A DNA stretch of 63,441 nucleotides, filler included, from Octopus bimaculoides (GCF_001194135.2; 7 parts of 7 records of this genome joined end to end with filler, not necessarily neighbours in it); one strand, 5' to 3'; shown: positions 40,307-52,939, counted from the whole stretch's first letter. Notes: a model not told the origin generated them from the letters alone. Translations and numbers: made by a program.

Positions 40307-41494
40307 NNNNNNNNNNNNNNNNNNNNNNNNNNNNNNNNNNNNNNNNNNNNNNNNNNNNNNNNNNNNNNNNNNNNNNNNNNNNNNNNNNNNNNNNNNNNNN
40401 NNNNNNNNNNNNNNNNNNNNNNNNNNNNNNNNNNNNNNNNNNNNNNNNNNNNNNNNNNNNNNNNNNNNNNNNNNNNNNNNNNNNNNNNNNNNNNNNNNNN
40501 NNNNNNNNNNNNNNNNNNNNNNNNNNNNNNNNNNNNNNNNNNNNNNNNNNNNNNNNNNNNNNNNNNNNNNNNNNNNNNNNNNNNNNNNNNNNNNNNNNNN
40601 NNNNNNNNNNNNNNNNNNNNNNNNNNNNNNNNNNNNNNNNNNNNNNNNNNNNNNNNNNNNNNNNNNNNNNNNNNNNNNNNNNNNNNNNNNNNNNNNNNNN
40701 NNNNNNNNNNNNNNNNNNNNNNNNNNNNNNNNNNNNNNNNNNNNNNNNNNNNNNNNNNNNNNNNNNNNNNNNNNNNNNNNNNATATATATATATATATAC
40801 ATATACACACACACATACACATGGATTCATATATATCTGCATACGTGCCTAAATATATAAACGTATGTATATATATATGTAAGCAGGTATGTATATGTAT
40901 CTTTCTATCTATCTATCTCATCAAATGTGTGTGTGTGATGAACTTGCCACCGTTCCACCAACTCCTAATGCAAACCATTCAAGCAAAATCGAAAAAGACC
41001 GCAAGGCAATCAGGTTTCAATTCCGAATTGAAATTAAATTCATTTTATTTCACTTTCACCGCGCATCAACAGTGATTTTCAGAAAGGAACTGCTATTCTG
41101 AACTCCGAAATCATATTATCTTCTGTAAACAGTTCACCTTTAGCCTACATCACCAATTTCTTTACAACTGAGTTGTAAACTGGAGCAGGATAGAACTCCA
41201 AAAGAATCGATACACTTTATGAGGTTTCTGGTATTTAGCTGAAGACATTTCGCTTCATTTATGCTTCATTTATGCTTTTAATACATCAGGAAATGCATGA
41301 AAATCACAACATGACATCATTCATACAAATCCATTAAACCAAGGAGACCCAGTTATCGGGCAACGGACCGATATAGGGCCATGGATCATATGATACCGAG
41401 GCGCACAGAAAGAATAACTTATTAGATTTAATTTCTGTCCTATTGACTACCGCAGCCTGTTGAGAGATTTTACATTATATATGTGATACAACCG

Positions 41495-41757
41495 TAATGT
41501 TGTTGTTGGCACTCCGTCGCTTACGACGTCGAGGGTTCCAGTTGATCCGATCAACGGAACAGCCTGCTCGTGAAATTAACGTGCAAATGGCTGAGCATTC
41601 CACAGACACGTGTACCCTTAACGTAGTTCTCTGGGATATTCAGCGTGACACAGTGTGACAAGACTGACCCTTTGAAATACAGGCACAACAGAAACAGGAA
41701 GTAAGAGTGAGAGAAAGTTGTGGCGAAAGAGTACAGCAGGGTTCGCCACCACCCCCT
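41495..41757 (-). mobile_element. SINE family 3 3' part
   Basis: Reverse complement of ~46280-46535. Confidence 0.85.
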
Positions 41758-42187
41758 NNNNNNNNNNNNNNNNNNNNNNNNNNNNNNNNNNNNNNNNNNN
41801 NNNNNNNNNNNNNNNNNNNNNNNNNNNNNNNNNNNNNNNNNNNNNNNNNNNNNNNNNNNNNNNNNNNNNNNNNNNNNNNNNNNNNNNNNNNNNNNNNNNN
41901 NNNNNNNNNNNNNNNNNNNNNNNNNNNNNNNNNNNNNNNNNNNNNNNNNNNNNNNNNNNNNNNNNNNNNNNNNNNNNNNNNNNNNNNNNNNNNNNNNNNN
42001 NNNNNNNNNNNNNNNNNNNNNNNNNNNNNNNNNNNNNNNNNNNNNNNNNNNNNNNNNNNNNNNNNNNNNNNNNNNNNNNNNNNNNNNNNNNNNNNNNNNN
42101 NNNNNNNNNNNNNNNNNNNNNNNNNNNNNNNNNNNNNNNNNNNNNNNNNNNNNNNNNNNNNNNNNNNNNNNNNNNNNNNNNNNNNNN

Positions 42188-42228
<41 letters not shown>

Positions 42229-42235
42229 TCGATCG

Positions 42236-42690
42236 AGGGCGGTGAGCTGGCAGAAGCTTTAGCCCGGTATTTCGTCTGTCGTTACGTTCTAAGTTCAAAT
42301 TCCGCCGAGATTAACTTTGTCTTTCATCCTTTCGGGGTCCATCCTATCCCTACCCATCTACTCCATCCACTCCATCCCTCTCACCCTTCAATTAATCGCG
42401 TGGAAGTGTTACGAACGGGCTAAGTAACGGAGGAACAAGCGGAATTGTTATAAGGTATTAACAGCAACAGTAGGACGGCGAGCTGGAAAGAATCGTTAGC
42501 ACATCGGGCGAAATGCTTAGCACCATTTCGTTCTTCTTTACGTTCTGAGTTCAAATTCCTCATGAGTCGAATTTGCCTTTCATCCTTTCAGGGGTCGACA
42601 AAAACAAGTACCAGTTGAACACTGGGGTCGATTTAATCGACTTCTCCTCCCTCCCCCAAACATGCTGACCTTGTGCCAAAAAATTGAAAC
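42236..42690 (+). mobile_element. Two SINE family 2 copies (42236-42340 partial, 42470-42690)
   Basis: Family 2 head and body motifs occur twice. Confidence 0.8.
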
Positions 42691-43547
42691 CAGTTTTAAC
42701 AGCAACGTTTTCCTACGTTGGTATACATTTCACCAAAAGATCTTTGAAAAGAACTAAATTTTATATGTTTACTTTTGAAGTATTGTTTATCTTTGATAAC
42801 GTTTCCCACGTTGTATGTTTATCTTTTATTCAAATTTCAGGTTGCAAATGTTTTCCTATGATTTAAGCTATTCACAGAGCTGAACGGTGTTTTATTTATT
42901 TAATCATTTATTTATATGTTTGTTTGTCTGTTTGTTTGTTTATTTTTGTTATTAATATGTTTCTGTTATTTTAGATACCAAACACCATCTCAAATCTCAC
43001 ATTGATAGTTCTAATTTTTCTAATTTTAAGATTTATACAAGAAATCCCAAGACGTAATTATAATAGAAAAGTGCCTCCAAAAAAATTATAAATAATATAA
43101 TATTATCTATATTCTATATTTTCAAGCTTGTTGTACTTTTAGCTCGAGTAATATTATGTATAATATAAAATTATCTCATTTGTAAAATGTCTGACACTTC
43201 TGCCAAAGTTATTAAGAAATATAATCTCCTGAGAATTATAGATATTGTTGATTTTCAAGAACTGACAAAACTTATAACGGAATAAGGTTTCTTCAAGATG
43301 ATACATGATCGCAGCTCTGATTCCTTCACTAGGTGTTAATAGTTGTTGTGTGTGATGGTGTTCTTGCTTAGCACAAGGTCGACACCCTAGCCAAGTAGAC
43401 CTGTGAGCAACAGCATTGTATTTCGTATGGCGCATTCTGTTTCAGTAAACATTGATTAAACAGAACGTATTTCACGGCTCATCTTTGTTTACAGGTATGT
43501 CAAGTGCAGCTGCCTCCATCTATCTACCTATCTATCTACCTACCTAC

Positions 43548-43586
<39 letters not shown>

Positions 43587-43757
43587 CCTATCTATCTACC
43601 TATATATTTATCTATCTGATTGTCAATCTATCTGTCTATCTATTTATCTATCTGTGTTTGTCGGTCTATTTCTCTGCTTAACTATCTATCTGTGTGTCTA
43701 TCTGTCTATCTGACAATTTGTCAGTCTGTCTGTACATGTATATGCATATGTGTTTAC

Positions 43758-43801
<44 letters not shown>

Positions 43802-43811
43802 NNNNNNNNNN

Positions 43812-43851
<40 letters not shown>

Positions 43852-44559
43852 GCGGTTTGCTTCTAGTGATTTTACTTATTGAATGGGAATAAATCTCTTC
43901 TAGGTTAATCTAATTTACATCGAAGAGTAAAGAGTACACGTATATGATTATTTTCTCTTCTACAGAAAGTAAAGTTCTGAAAGTTTTAACTTGTTCGAAG
44001 ACATATATAGTTCTATTTCCTCTTCCTTTGGGATCGTCAGCACGACATGACTCGAGGCACAAATTAATTAAGCTAAATTCAACATTCTACTTACAGGGAA
44101 AAATGCTCGTAGTTTAAAACAGCATATTTCTTTTTTTCTTTCTTTTTTTTTCTTTTTCTCGTGTTAAATCGTTGTCTGCTTGGTAGTAGAGAAAAGAGAA
44201 AGAGAGGAATTTCTTACATTGCACTTGGAATATCCAATGCTTCATTTACCAAATAAGCAATATGTCCATATTTCTATCTTAACGCGTTCAGATGTTTTCC
44301 TTCGAAAAAGGTCAATACTTCCATTTTCAGATACGTGAAGGATTCTCTATTGTGTCATTGGACCTACTAGAAATAACAGTTAAATCTTACTAGAAATTTT
44401 TAAGCGGCGCCTACGTAGCTACTTAATATAACATTAATGTGCTAATGGTTTTTGTTTTTGTGGATTTGCAGTTGTTTCAGAAGAGGTGGGATCAAATTCA
44501 AGCACAAAGATACACACATATGTACGTATGCACACACACACACACACACATACACACAG

Positions 44560-44584
44560 AGGCAGGCAGACAGGCAGACAGACA

Positions 44585-44617
<33 letters not shown>

Positions 44618-45490
44618 ACAGACAGACAGACAGACAGACAGACAGTCAGACAGTCAGACAGACAGTCAGACAGACAGACATACAGACAGACAGTCAGACA
44701 GACAGTCAGACAGACACAGACAGACACAGACAGACAGACAGACAGATAGATAGATAGGTATGTATGTATGTGTACGTGTACGACAGCCTTCTTGCAATTT
44801 CTATCTATCAAATCCACATACATACATACATTCATACACACACACACATACATACACACATACATACATACATACATACATACATACGTACATACATACA
44901 TACATACATATATACATACATACGTACATACGTACATACATACATACATACATACATATATACATACATACGTACATACGTACATACATACATACATACA
45001 TACATATATACATACATACGTACATACGTACATACATACATACATACATACATATATACNNNNNNNNNNNNNNNNNNNNNNNNNNNNNNNNNNNNNNNNN
45101 NNNNNNNNNNNNNNNNNNNNNNNNNNNNNNNNNNTACATACGTACATACATACATACATGCATACATATATACATACGTACATACATACATACATACATA
45201 TATACATACATACGTACATACGTACATACGTACATACATACATACATACATACGTACGTACATACATACATACATATATACATACATACGTACATACATA
45301 CATACATACATACATACATACATACATACGTACGTACATACATACATACATACATACATACATACACACATACATACATACATACATACATACATACGTA
45401 CGTACATACATACATACATACATACATACATACGTACATACGTACATACATACATACATACATACATACATACATACATACATAATACAT
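44560..45490. repeat. Compound tetranucleotide satellite: (GACA/GGCA)n then (CATA/CGTA/TATA)n
   Basis: Seen directly; 48-bp higher-order period at 44911-45059. Confidence 0.95.
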
Positions 45491-45889
45491 ACTTACGTGG
45501 AATTACTATCAATCAAATTTCACTCACAAATCATTAGTCAACACCGCGCTCTTCTGGATAGACATTCGCCCAAATTACTGAGCAGTGAGAAAAACCTGCG
45601 TCCACGTTGTTACAAAGTTAAATTGTATAACCGATTCAACGATAGGCAACACATTCACGTGTTCTTATTTTACTGTGACCTCTCTCCCTCTTCACCCCAT
45701 ATAACCAGAGAAAGGCACGCTCAACTCACCTTGGCGAGAATTTTAACCTAAGCTGTAACGTAAATAAATACAATATACAACGTCATGATGAGATACTTTC
45801 AAGGGAGATAATTGTCAAATTGTTTTTATAAGGTGAGAGTTATGTCCCTTACACAACATGGCTTATGTGTTAGTAATTTTTTTAATTTT

Positions 45890-46115
45890 CTTGTGGCAGG
45901 CAGAAAGCAGGCAGAATCGTTAGCACGTCAGACAAAATGCTTACTGGCATTTTATTCGTCTTTACGATCCGAGTTCAAATTCCGCTGAGGTCGAATTTGT
46001 CTTTTATCTTTCCGGGCTCGATAAAATAAGTATCAGTTAAATACGGAGATCGATATAACCGACTGTCCACCCTGTCCTCGAATTTCCAGGCCTTGTGCCA
46101 AAATTTGAAACCATT
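45890..46115 (+). mobile_element. SINE family 2
   Basis: GGCAGAATCGTTAGCACG...GAGTTCAAATTCCGC...GGCCTTGTGCCAAAATTTGAAACC. Confidence 0.8.
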
Positions 46116-46158
46116 ATTATTTTTCTTCGTAATATATTCTTCGGTTGATGGTGATGAA

Positions 46159-46542
46159 TGGAGGCGCAATGGCTCAGTGGTTAAGGCAGCGGACTCGCGG
46201 TCTTAGGATCGCGGTTTCGATTCCCAGACCGGGCGTTGTGATTGTTTATTGATTGAAAACACTTAAAACTCCACAAGGCTCCGGCAGGGGATGGTGGCGA
46301 ACCCTGCTGGACTCTTTCACCACAATTTTCTCTCACTCTTACTTCCTGTTTCTGTTGTGCCTGTAATTCAAAGGGCCAGCCTTGTCACACTGTGTCACGC
46401 TGAATATCCCCGAGGATTACGTTAAGGGTACACGTGTCTGTGGAGTGCTCAGCCACTTGCACGTTAATTTCACGAGCAGGCTGTTCCGTTGATCGGATCA
46501 ACTGGAACACTTGTCGTCGTAACCGACGGAGTGCCATATATA
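46159..46542 (+). mobile_element. tRNA-derived SINE family 3, full length, 14-bp TSD
   Basis: Head TGGCTCAGTGGTTAAGG...GGTTTCGATTCCC; TSD TTGATGGTGATGAA at 46145-46158 and 46543-46556. Confidence 0.9.
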
Positions 46543-46544
46543 TT

Positions 46545-46770
46545 GATGGTGATGAACTAAAAGAATCGTTACCGACACACACAAAATGTTTAGCGGCATT
46601 TCTTTTTGATCTTTGCGTTCAGTGTTCAAATGTAGTCGAGATTAACTTTGCCTTTCATCCGTTTTGGGGACAATAAAAACATAGTACCAGTCAAGTAGAA
46701 GCATCGATGTAATCGACATGCCCATCCCCTAAGAATTACTGGCTTTGACCAAAATCAGAAAGAATTATTT
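46545..46770 (+). mobile_element. Old SINE family 2 copy whose head was the target of SINE 3
   Basis: AGAATCGTTA...AAATGTTTAGCGGCATTTC...TTTGCCTTTCATCC. Confidence 0.7.
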
Positions 46771-46834
46771 TTCTTGGTATAGGTTCATTGTTTTTAATAT
46801 AAAATTTTGCTTTCTCCAGCAAACATTTTTCATA

Positions 46835-47199
46835 TACTCATTTACATGTTTCAGTCATTTGACTGCGGCCATGCTGAAGCACCGCCTTTAGTCGAGCAAA
46901 TCGACCCCAGGATTTATTCTTTGTTAGCCTAGTACTTATCTATCGGTTTCTGTTGCCGAACCGCTAAGTTACGGGGACGTAAACACACCACCATCGGTTT
47001 TCAAGCGATGTCGAGGGGGGACAAACACAGACACACAAACGCACATATTTATATATACATATACATATATACGATGGGCTTTTTTCAGTTTCCGTCTACC
47101 AAATCCACTCACAAGGCTTTGGTCAACCCGAGGCTATAGTAGAAGACACTTGCCCAAGGTGCCACGCAGTGGGACTGAACCAGGAACCATGTGGTTGGT
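46835..47199 (-). mobile_element. SINE family 1, head truncated
   Basis: Reverse complement of the family 1 body. Confidence 0.88.
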
Positions 47200-47445
47200 A
47201 GTCGGACTCACAGTCATGAGGTAGTGAGATCGATTTCCGGCTGTGTGTTATGTTCTTGAGCAAAGCACTTCATTTTACGTTGCTCCAGTTTGCTCATTTG
47301 TAGAAATAAGCTGTGACGTCACTGGTGCCAAGCTGTAACGGTCTTTGCCTTTAACTTGCATAACATGGGCGACGTGGAGAGAGGAGGCTGGTATGCATGG
47401 GCGACTGCCGGCCTTCCATAAACAACCTTGCTCAGACTTGTGCCT
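47195..47445 (+). mobile_element. SINE family 4 (tRNA-like head, distinct body)
   Basis: GTCGGACTCAC...GAGATCGATTTCCGG head; TTCTTGAGCAAAGCACTT...TTGCTCCAG body; head-to-head with the family 1 copy. Confidence 0.55.
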
Positions 47446-47479
47446 ATTTCGTTTGTCTGCTTTATTACAACTAATACGA

Positions 47480-47690
47480 AGACGACGGCCTGGCAGAATC
47501 ATTAGCACGCCGGGCTAGCGATTCTCCTTAACGGCATTTCGTCCGTCTTCACGTTCTGAGTCCAAATTCCGCCGAGGTCGATTTTTGGGATCGATAGAAT
47601 AAAATATCAGTTGAACATTGGGGCCAGTGCAATCGACTTACCTTCTTTTCCGAACTCGCTGGCATTGTGCCAAATTTTGAAACCATTATT
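47480..47690 (+). mobile_element. SINE family 2
   Basis: TGGCAGAATCATTAGCACGCCGGGC...GAGTCCAAATTCCGCCGAGG. Confidence 0.8.
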
Positions 47691-48055
47691 ACAACTAATA
47701 CCACTCGATACCAACACAAAGTGGTCCCTCTTGACTCCACTCGTGCGGAAGCTCTAACCCGGATTTGGAGTTGTTTGTTGTATTNNNNNNNNNNNNNNNN
47801 NNNNNNNNNNNNNNNNNNNNNNNNNNNNTTAATTAATTAANNNNNNNNNNNNNNNNNNNNNNNNNNNNNNNNNNNNNNNNNNNNCACACACATATATATA
47901 TATATATATATATAAAACAAAACAAGAAAATGGAAATTTTTGGGTATTATTTATTCAGAATTACTAGTGTTTCATTTGTTTATAGGAATTATACAATTTT
48001 ACGTTTGATAGGTAACAGCTGGGATCTACCCTAACTACCTACCTGGCTACGCACG

Positions 48056-48096
<41 letters not shown>

Positions 48097-48419
48097 TCAC
48101 GTACACATTTCTATCAGGTGGATCTTGGATGGCGGTGGAGTTCCTCGAGTAATCCTAGAGGTCCTCCTGTATCAGGGAGGACCACATAACTACCATCTTT
48201 TTTTCCTTTCTTTTCTTTTACTGCTGTACACCATGTGTGCTTCCCTTCTTTGTTTTATTGTATACCATGTATATTTTTGTATCATTTCATTATATGTACC
48301 CCACACTCTCTCACACACACATACACATACACCCACACCCACACCCGCGTACACTTTATGTCTGTGTTTGTATTGTCCCCCCCCCCGCCTCATCCTTCGA
48401 CCCGGTGTTAATAAAAGAC

Positions 48420-48448
48420 ATCACCACCACCACCATCAGCAGCAGCAG

Positions 48449-48523
<75 letters not shown>

Positions 48524-48536
48524 TATCATTGTTATT
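48420..48536. repeat. (CAT)n/(CAG)n microsatellite ~30 bp upstream of the mannosidase acceptor
   Basis: Seen directly in the sequence. Confidence 0.95.
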
Positions 48537-48566
48537 ATTCTTAAGATTTTTTTTCTGTCGATACAG

Positions 48567-48653
48567 GCCACAAACGAAGACCTCCAGTTTACAGTGTTGA
48601 CAGATCGGTCCCAGGGTGGGGGAAGTATTCATAATGGCAGCGTTGAGATAATG
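48567..48653 (+). CDS. MAN2B1: Lysosomal alpha-mannosidase (GH38) internal exon: ATNEDLQFTVLTDRSQGGGSIHNGSVEIM
   Basis: TTTTTTCTGTCGATACAG acceptor, ATG|GTGAGT donor, phase 0/0; LTVLTDRSQGG.S...G..E.M is a conserved GH38 C-terminal motif. Confidence 0.93.
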
Positions 48654-49317
48654 GTGAGTAATTTTTCTTGTTGTTATTTGATGTTTTTGTCGTCACTGTT
48701 GTCGGCACAGATACTGCCGCTGTTCTTGAACCTGAAGTCAACTCTAACCATACAGGCCTATGATCACTGGCACTCCAGCCATGACCACCCCGTGTTGTTT
48801 TTAGAGGTATCTGAGATAACAGTCTCAAGTGTTCGTTCCATTTTTAAAGTGGTATGGAATGGTTTGAGGAAGTTGTGGTTGCCATTTCTTGAAGGTTAAA
48901 CTACAGCGTAGAGACTCCTTTGTTGGCTAAGTAAATGCATTGGTCCAACATGCAGTTGAATCTCACGTTAGAGACAGTGATCGTGGGTTCTGGTACGTAG
49001 TCAATACAAGAGCCCAGAATCAGAGGAAAATGAGGATGATCTGTGTTGCAAGCATTTAGTCTATTGCGGTCGAAATTGTAGAAGTGTTTGATGAGTTCAG
49101 TTGCCACGTGGTGAAGTGCAAGAGTTAATGCTTCAAGCCCTTGTCCTTTTCGCCTTCTTGCTGAGAGAGAGAGAGAGAGGGAGGGAGATAATATATATAT
49201 ATTCTGTAAATAATAATAATATTTTATATAAATTCAAATTACGATGAACGTAAACAAACAAACGAAGTTTTCTTCTAGAAGTGTTGAGATGTCTTAGAAA
49301 GTTAAAGAAGTGATTTT

Positions 49318-49537
49318 AAATTCTCAAACGCAGGATAATGCTAATAATATAGCCTGAACAGCATAAGCAAATTCTCAAACGCACGATAATGCTAATAATA
49401 TAGCCTGAACAGGATAAGCTACCCCTATTTTGCAGAAAAAAAGTGTGGGCGGCCTGGCCTGGCCGACTACACTTTTTTCTGCAAAATAGGGGTAGCTTAT
49501 CCTGTTTAGGCTATATTATTAGCATTATCCTTCGTTT
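49318..49537. repeat. Intronic hairpin (49377-49537) with a 51-bp tandem duplication at its left end
   Basis: ~70-bp inverted arms; 49318-49368 is repeated at 49369-49419. Confidence 0.85.
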
Positions 49538-49780
49538 AATATTTTATATGCTTAATGCGGAAAAATGTAGGGTTTTCCGTACACACTTGTCGCGAAAACA
49601 AAGCCCCAAGCGTGCGGAAAACCCTACTTTTTTCGTCGAGGGCTTATATGCCCCAATATCACACTATTTTCCTTAGTCATTACACGGTGATCGCTTATAA
49701 GCTTTAAGCTTATAAGATATTATTATTATTTACAGAATTGTAAAAATCAACACTGCTTACCAAAAAAACCATCGCTTAAA

Positions 49781-49830
<50 letters not shown>

Positions 49831-50164
49831 AAGAGAGAGGGGTGGGAGGGAGAAAGAATTTTGTTCGTACAATGGTTGTAGTTAAAAAAATTTCGAGTCT
49901 ACCGGCCCACAAGGCCGGAGCTTAACCGGACATTTTAGGCGGTGAGTACAAGATTATCCGTACCTCAGATCAGGATCCGAGTTTGTTACACGGATAGCTT
50001 CCAGATTCCGCTGGTTCTCATTTCCAGCCAAATATACTGGAGTAAAATGAAATGAAGTACTTTGCTGAAGGAAAAGTATACACTACTCTGTCCGACAAAC
50101 AAACTCGTTACATTACTTTCTTAAATCTAACACTTTAACCACTAAACTAAACATATTCACTTGC

Positions 50165-50430
50165 ATGAAAACAGTTGGAATAGAGGAAGAGCTTCGGTAG
50201 AATACTCTGCGTGGTCACTGGACCTCACATCACAAGGCATTTTAGAGGGATACTTAAGGGATACAATGCAAGACCGGCAACAGTCAACGAATTGGAAGGC
50301 AGTCATTGAACGAGAATGCGCACAAAATATCAACCGTTTCTTGATGTTCGAGATTTCATTGCTTCGCGATATCAACAGAGCCTGGACCAGAATGGTCATC
50401 AGTTTGAAACAAGCGTTTCATAGAAAAAAT
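50165..50430 (+). mobile_element. Tc1/mariner-superfamily transposase 3' fragment, frameshifted
   Basis: WNRGRASVEYSAWSLDLT..GYL.DT...VIERECAQ..., YQQSLDQNGHQFE: a degenerate 'WPPRSPDLTPLDF.LWGYLK...C....G..FE' motif. Confidence 0.75.
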
Positions 50431-50504
50431 AAATTCTCTTTTAAGATTTTATACAATTTTGAAAATGAAACTTATTTTAATAAACACTTACTCCTTTATT
50501 TTAG

Positions 50505-50595
50505 CTTCACCGTCGAACAACCAAAGACGATAGACTTGGAGTTGGTGAACCACTAAATGAGACTTCCGATGGTTTAATGGGATTGATTGTTCGAG
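50505..50595 (+). CDS. MAN2B1: Lysosomal alpha-mannosidase exon: LHRRTTKDDRLGVGEPLNETSDGLMGLIVR(G)
   Basis: TTTATTTTAG acceptor, CGAG|GTAAGT donor, phase 0/1; continues the motif M-[VL]HRR...DD..GV.EPLNE. Confidence 0.95.
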
Positions 50596-50689
50596 GTAAG
50601 TTGTGTGTCTGCTGCCTGTTGCCTTTACATAGAACACTGCAACATACTCATCGATAATGTATTACATTGTATAGCACCAAGTCCTTATT

Positions 50690-50900
50690 GGCTAACAATG
50701 AAACCTCTATGCTGTTATATGACCTTTTAGAAATCAGTTAAATTTCCCTCAAATCACAACCTGCTATTTTAAAAATAGTAATGACATATCGGTTATTGCA
50801 GTCCTGCATATTTCTAATAAGACGGTATAGTCGCAGGTGTAAGGCCTTTGATCATCGGTTTTCTCAATGAGGGTTTATCTAGGACTACAAAAACATCTCA
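50690..50900 (+). mobile_element. Dispersed SINE-like family 5 (other copies ~8840-9030, 14050-14150, 39900-39960, 55145-55850)
   Basis: Shared AGAAAT..CAG..AAAT.TCCCTCAAATCAC and CCTTTGATCAT.GG...CTCAATCAG motifs; (CAA)n tails in most copies. Confidence 0.55.
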
Positions 50901-51051
50901 CTTGTAGTGTGATAGGTCACTTATATATTACTTCTTATATGTTAAGCTTCGGCTGTAGTTAGGGGGATCAGAAGAGAGTTGACAGACTTTTTTGTTTTAG
51001 AAGGAATGTGATATAAACGAATCTTATGAACCAGTCTTATGTTCCAAGACC

Positions 51052-51052
51052 G

Positions 51053-51121
<69 letters not shown>

Positions 51122-51297
51122 CGACNNNNNNNNNNNNNNNNNNNNNNNNNNNNNNNNNNNNNNNNNNCGACGACGACGACGACGATGATGATGACGATGA
51201 TGATGACGATGATGACGACGACGGTGACGATGACGATGATGATGATGATGATGATGACGACGACGATGACGACGATGACGATGATGATGATGATGAT
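51052..51297. repeat. Compound (GAT)/(GAC) microsatellite
   Basis: Seen directly in the sequence. Confidence 0.95.
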
Positions 51298-51299
51298 AG

Positions 51300-51600
51300 A
51301 AGCCGTTTCTGATTTAGGCACAAGGACCTCAGTTTTGAAGAGAAGGGATAGTTGATGACATGGATTCCAATATTTGACTGAAGCTATATTTTGTCGATCA
51401 AAGTTAACCTCGGTGGTTTTCAACGTAAAGAACCGAAGAAATACTTCTAAGGATTTTGTCTGCACAACGCCAGAGAATTTAGCGAAGAGGCTTATTCTAT
51501 TAGATCGACTTCCAGTCTTTCACCTCTAATTTATTATATTGAACCCGGATGATAGACAAAATCGCCCTTAGTAGGAGTTGAACTCGAAACGTAAGTAGCC
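51300..51600 (-). mobile_element. Two degenerate SINE family 2 copies
   Basis: AGGCACAAGG...TGAACTC motifs in reverse orientation. Confidence 0.6.
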
Positions 51601-51959
51601 CACACGATGCCAAGAATAAAAAATTATAAAATCTCGAAAGTTCTGGTTAAAATGTCCAAGAGAGGGAACTAAAGGTACTATTAGAAACGTTTAATAAAAT
51701 ACTGATGAAGTCGATAGATAACTGGTTCAGAGAGAGGAAAAGTGATCTTAATTGTCAAAGCCTAAAAACTACAGAATCACACCGTTCTTTTCTGCAATAT
51801 ACAATTCATTATATGCGATAATACTGCAGAGGATAAACACCCATCATTAAAAAAAATTATTTCCAGTAGAAGGGAAAGAATTCTGCAAAACCTCATATGG
51901 CAGTAAAAATCGACAATAATCACCAAAAGTCAAACTGAATACTATAAGAAGAAGAAAGA

Positions 51960-52175
51960 TCTTTTCTACTCTAGGCACAAGGTCGGAAATTTTTGGGAGA
52001 GGGGGTCAGTTGATTAGATCAACCTCAGTACGCAACTGGTACTTAATTTATCGACCCCGAAAGGATGGAAGGCAAAGTCGACCTCGGCGGAATTTGAACT
52101 CAGAACGTAACAGCAGACGAAATACCGCTAAACATTTCGCCCGGCGTGCTAACGTTTCTGCCAGCTCACCGCCTT
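51960..52175 (-). mobile_element. Young SINE family 2 copy
   Basis: About 4 mismatches to 54802-54944 over ~140 bp; imperfect AAGAAGAAG...GATCT duplication at the flanks. Confidence 0.92.
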
Positions 52176-52479
52176 AAGAAGAAGAAGAAGGATCTGAACA
52201 TAGAATGGATGTATTACCAGACGTTTTTTGCACTGTTCTCCATATGTGGATCATGGAAACATTAACCATGAATAAGACGCAGTCAATAATAAACATGTCA
52301 TAAGTATATAGCAAACAATTTTACGGACGCAGACAAAAGAGTGAAGAATTTGCTCCATTTCGATTAGAAAATATTCCATAGAAAATATTCCAGTATCTTT
52401 TTTCTTCACTTGTGCCTAGTACTAGTATCTTCAATCGTAATGTTAAATGAGACCGGACGCAGATATAAATCTTAAATGA

Positions 52480-52605
52480 GGACAATCAACTATCATTTGT
52501 ATCTTAACAGTCTCTTGTATACTGCAGATGGCAAACAACTAGAAACACTGCTGCAGAAAATGTATAGATTTACTGAAGAAATTGATATGAGATTCCAGTC
52601 GTTCT
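52480..52605 (+). mobile_element. RLE-type LINE RT fragment
   Basis: INYHLY...LYTADGKQLETLLQKMYRFTEEIDMRF resembles the region after YMDD in R4/Dong RTs. Confidence 0.45.
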
Positions 52606-52939
52606 TATTAGACCTAGAGTTGTCCATACATGCAAGTTTTCTCTGTCTATACCACTGATATTTGTCAAGGGAAAGGCTAGGATCGATAAACCTTAGTATC
52701 AGTATCATCAGTTTCATCGCAAATTTATGCAAATGTTGACGTCAGAACGCAAAGAGCCAGAATAGTTTTTGAAAGCATCCCATCTGACGTCCTAACAATT
52801 CTGTCAATCCACTTTTTATTTAACGATCCTAAAATGAAGAAAGGCAAAATTTTATCTTGAAGTTTGAACATGAAGTGCAGAGAGCCGGAAGGAATTTTAT
52901 CCGACGCTCTAGCAACTCAATTTGCAATGTATAAAATAC

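Noticed and set aside
44434-45751. Long MYVC/YIHT repeat ORFs on both strands
   Set aside because: Translation of a tetranucleotide satellite; no coding evidence.
46161-46236. tRNA gene (also heads at 9124, 16120, 39314, 54802)
   Set aside because: A/B boxes are present, but there is no convincing acceptor stem or poly-T terminator, and each head continues into a multi-copy SINE body.
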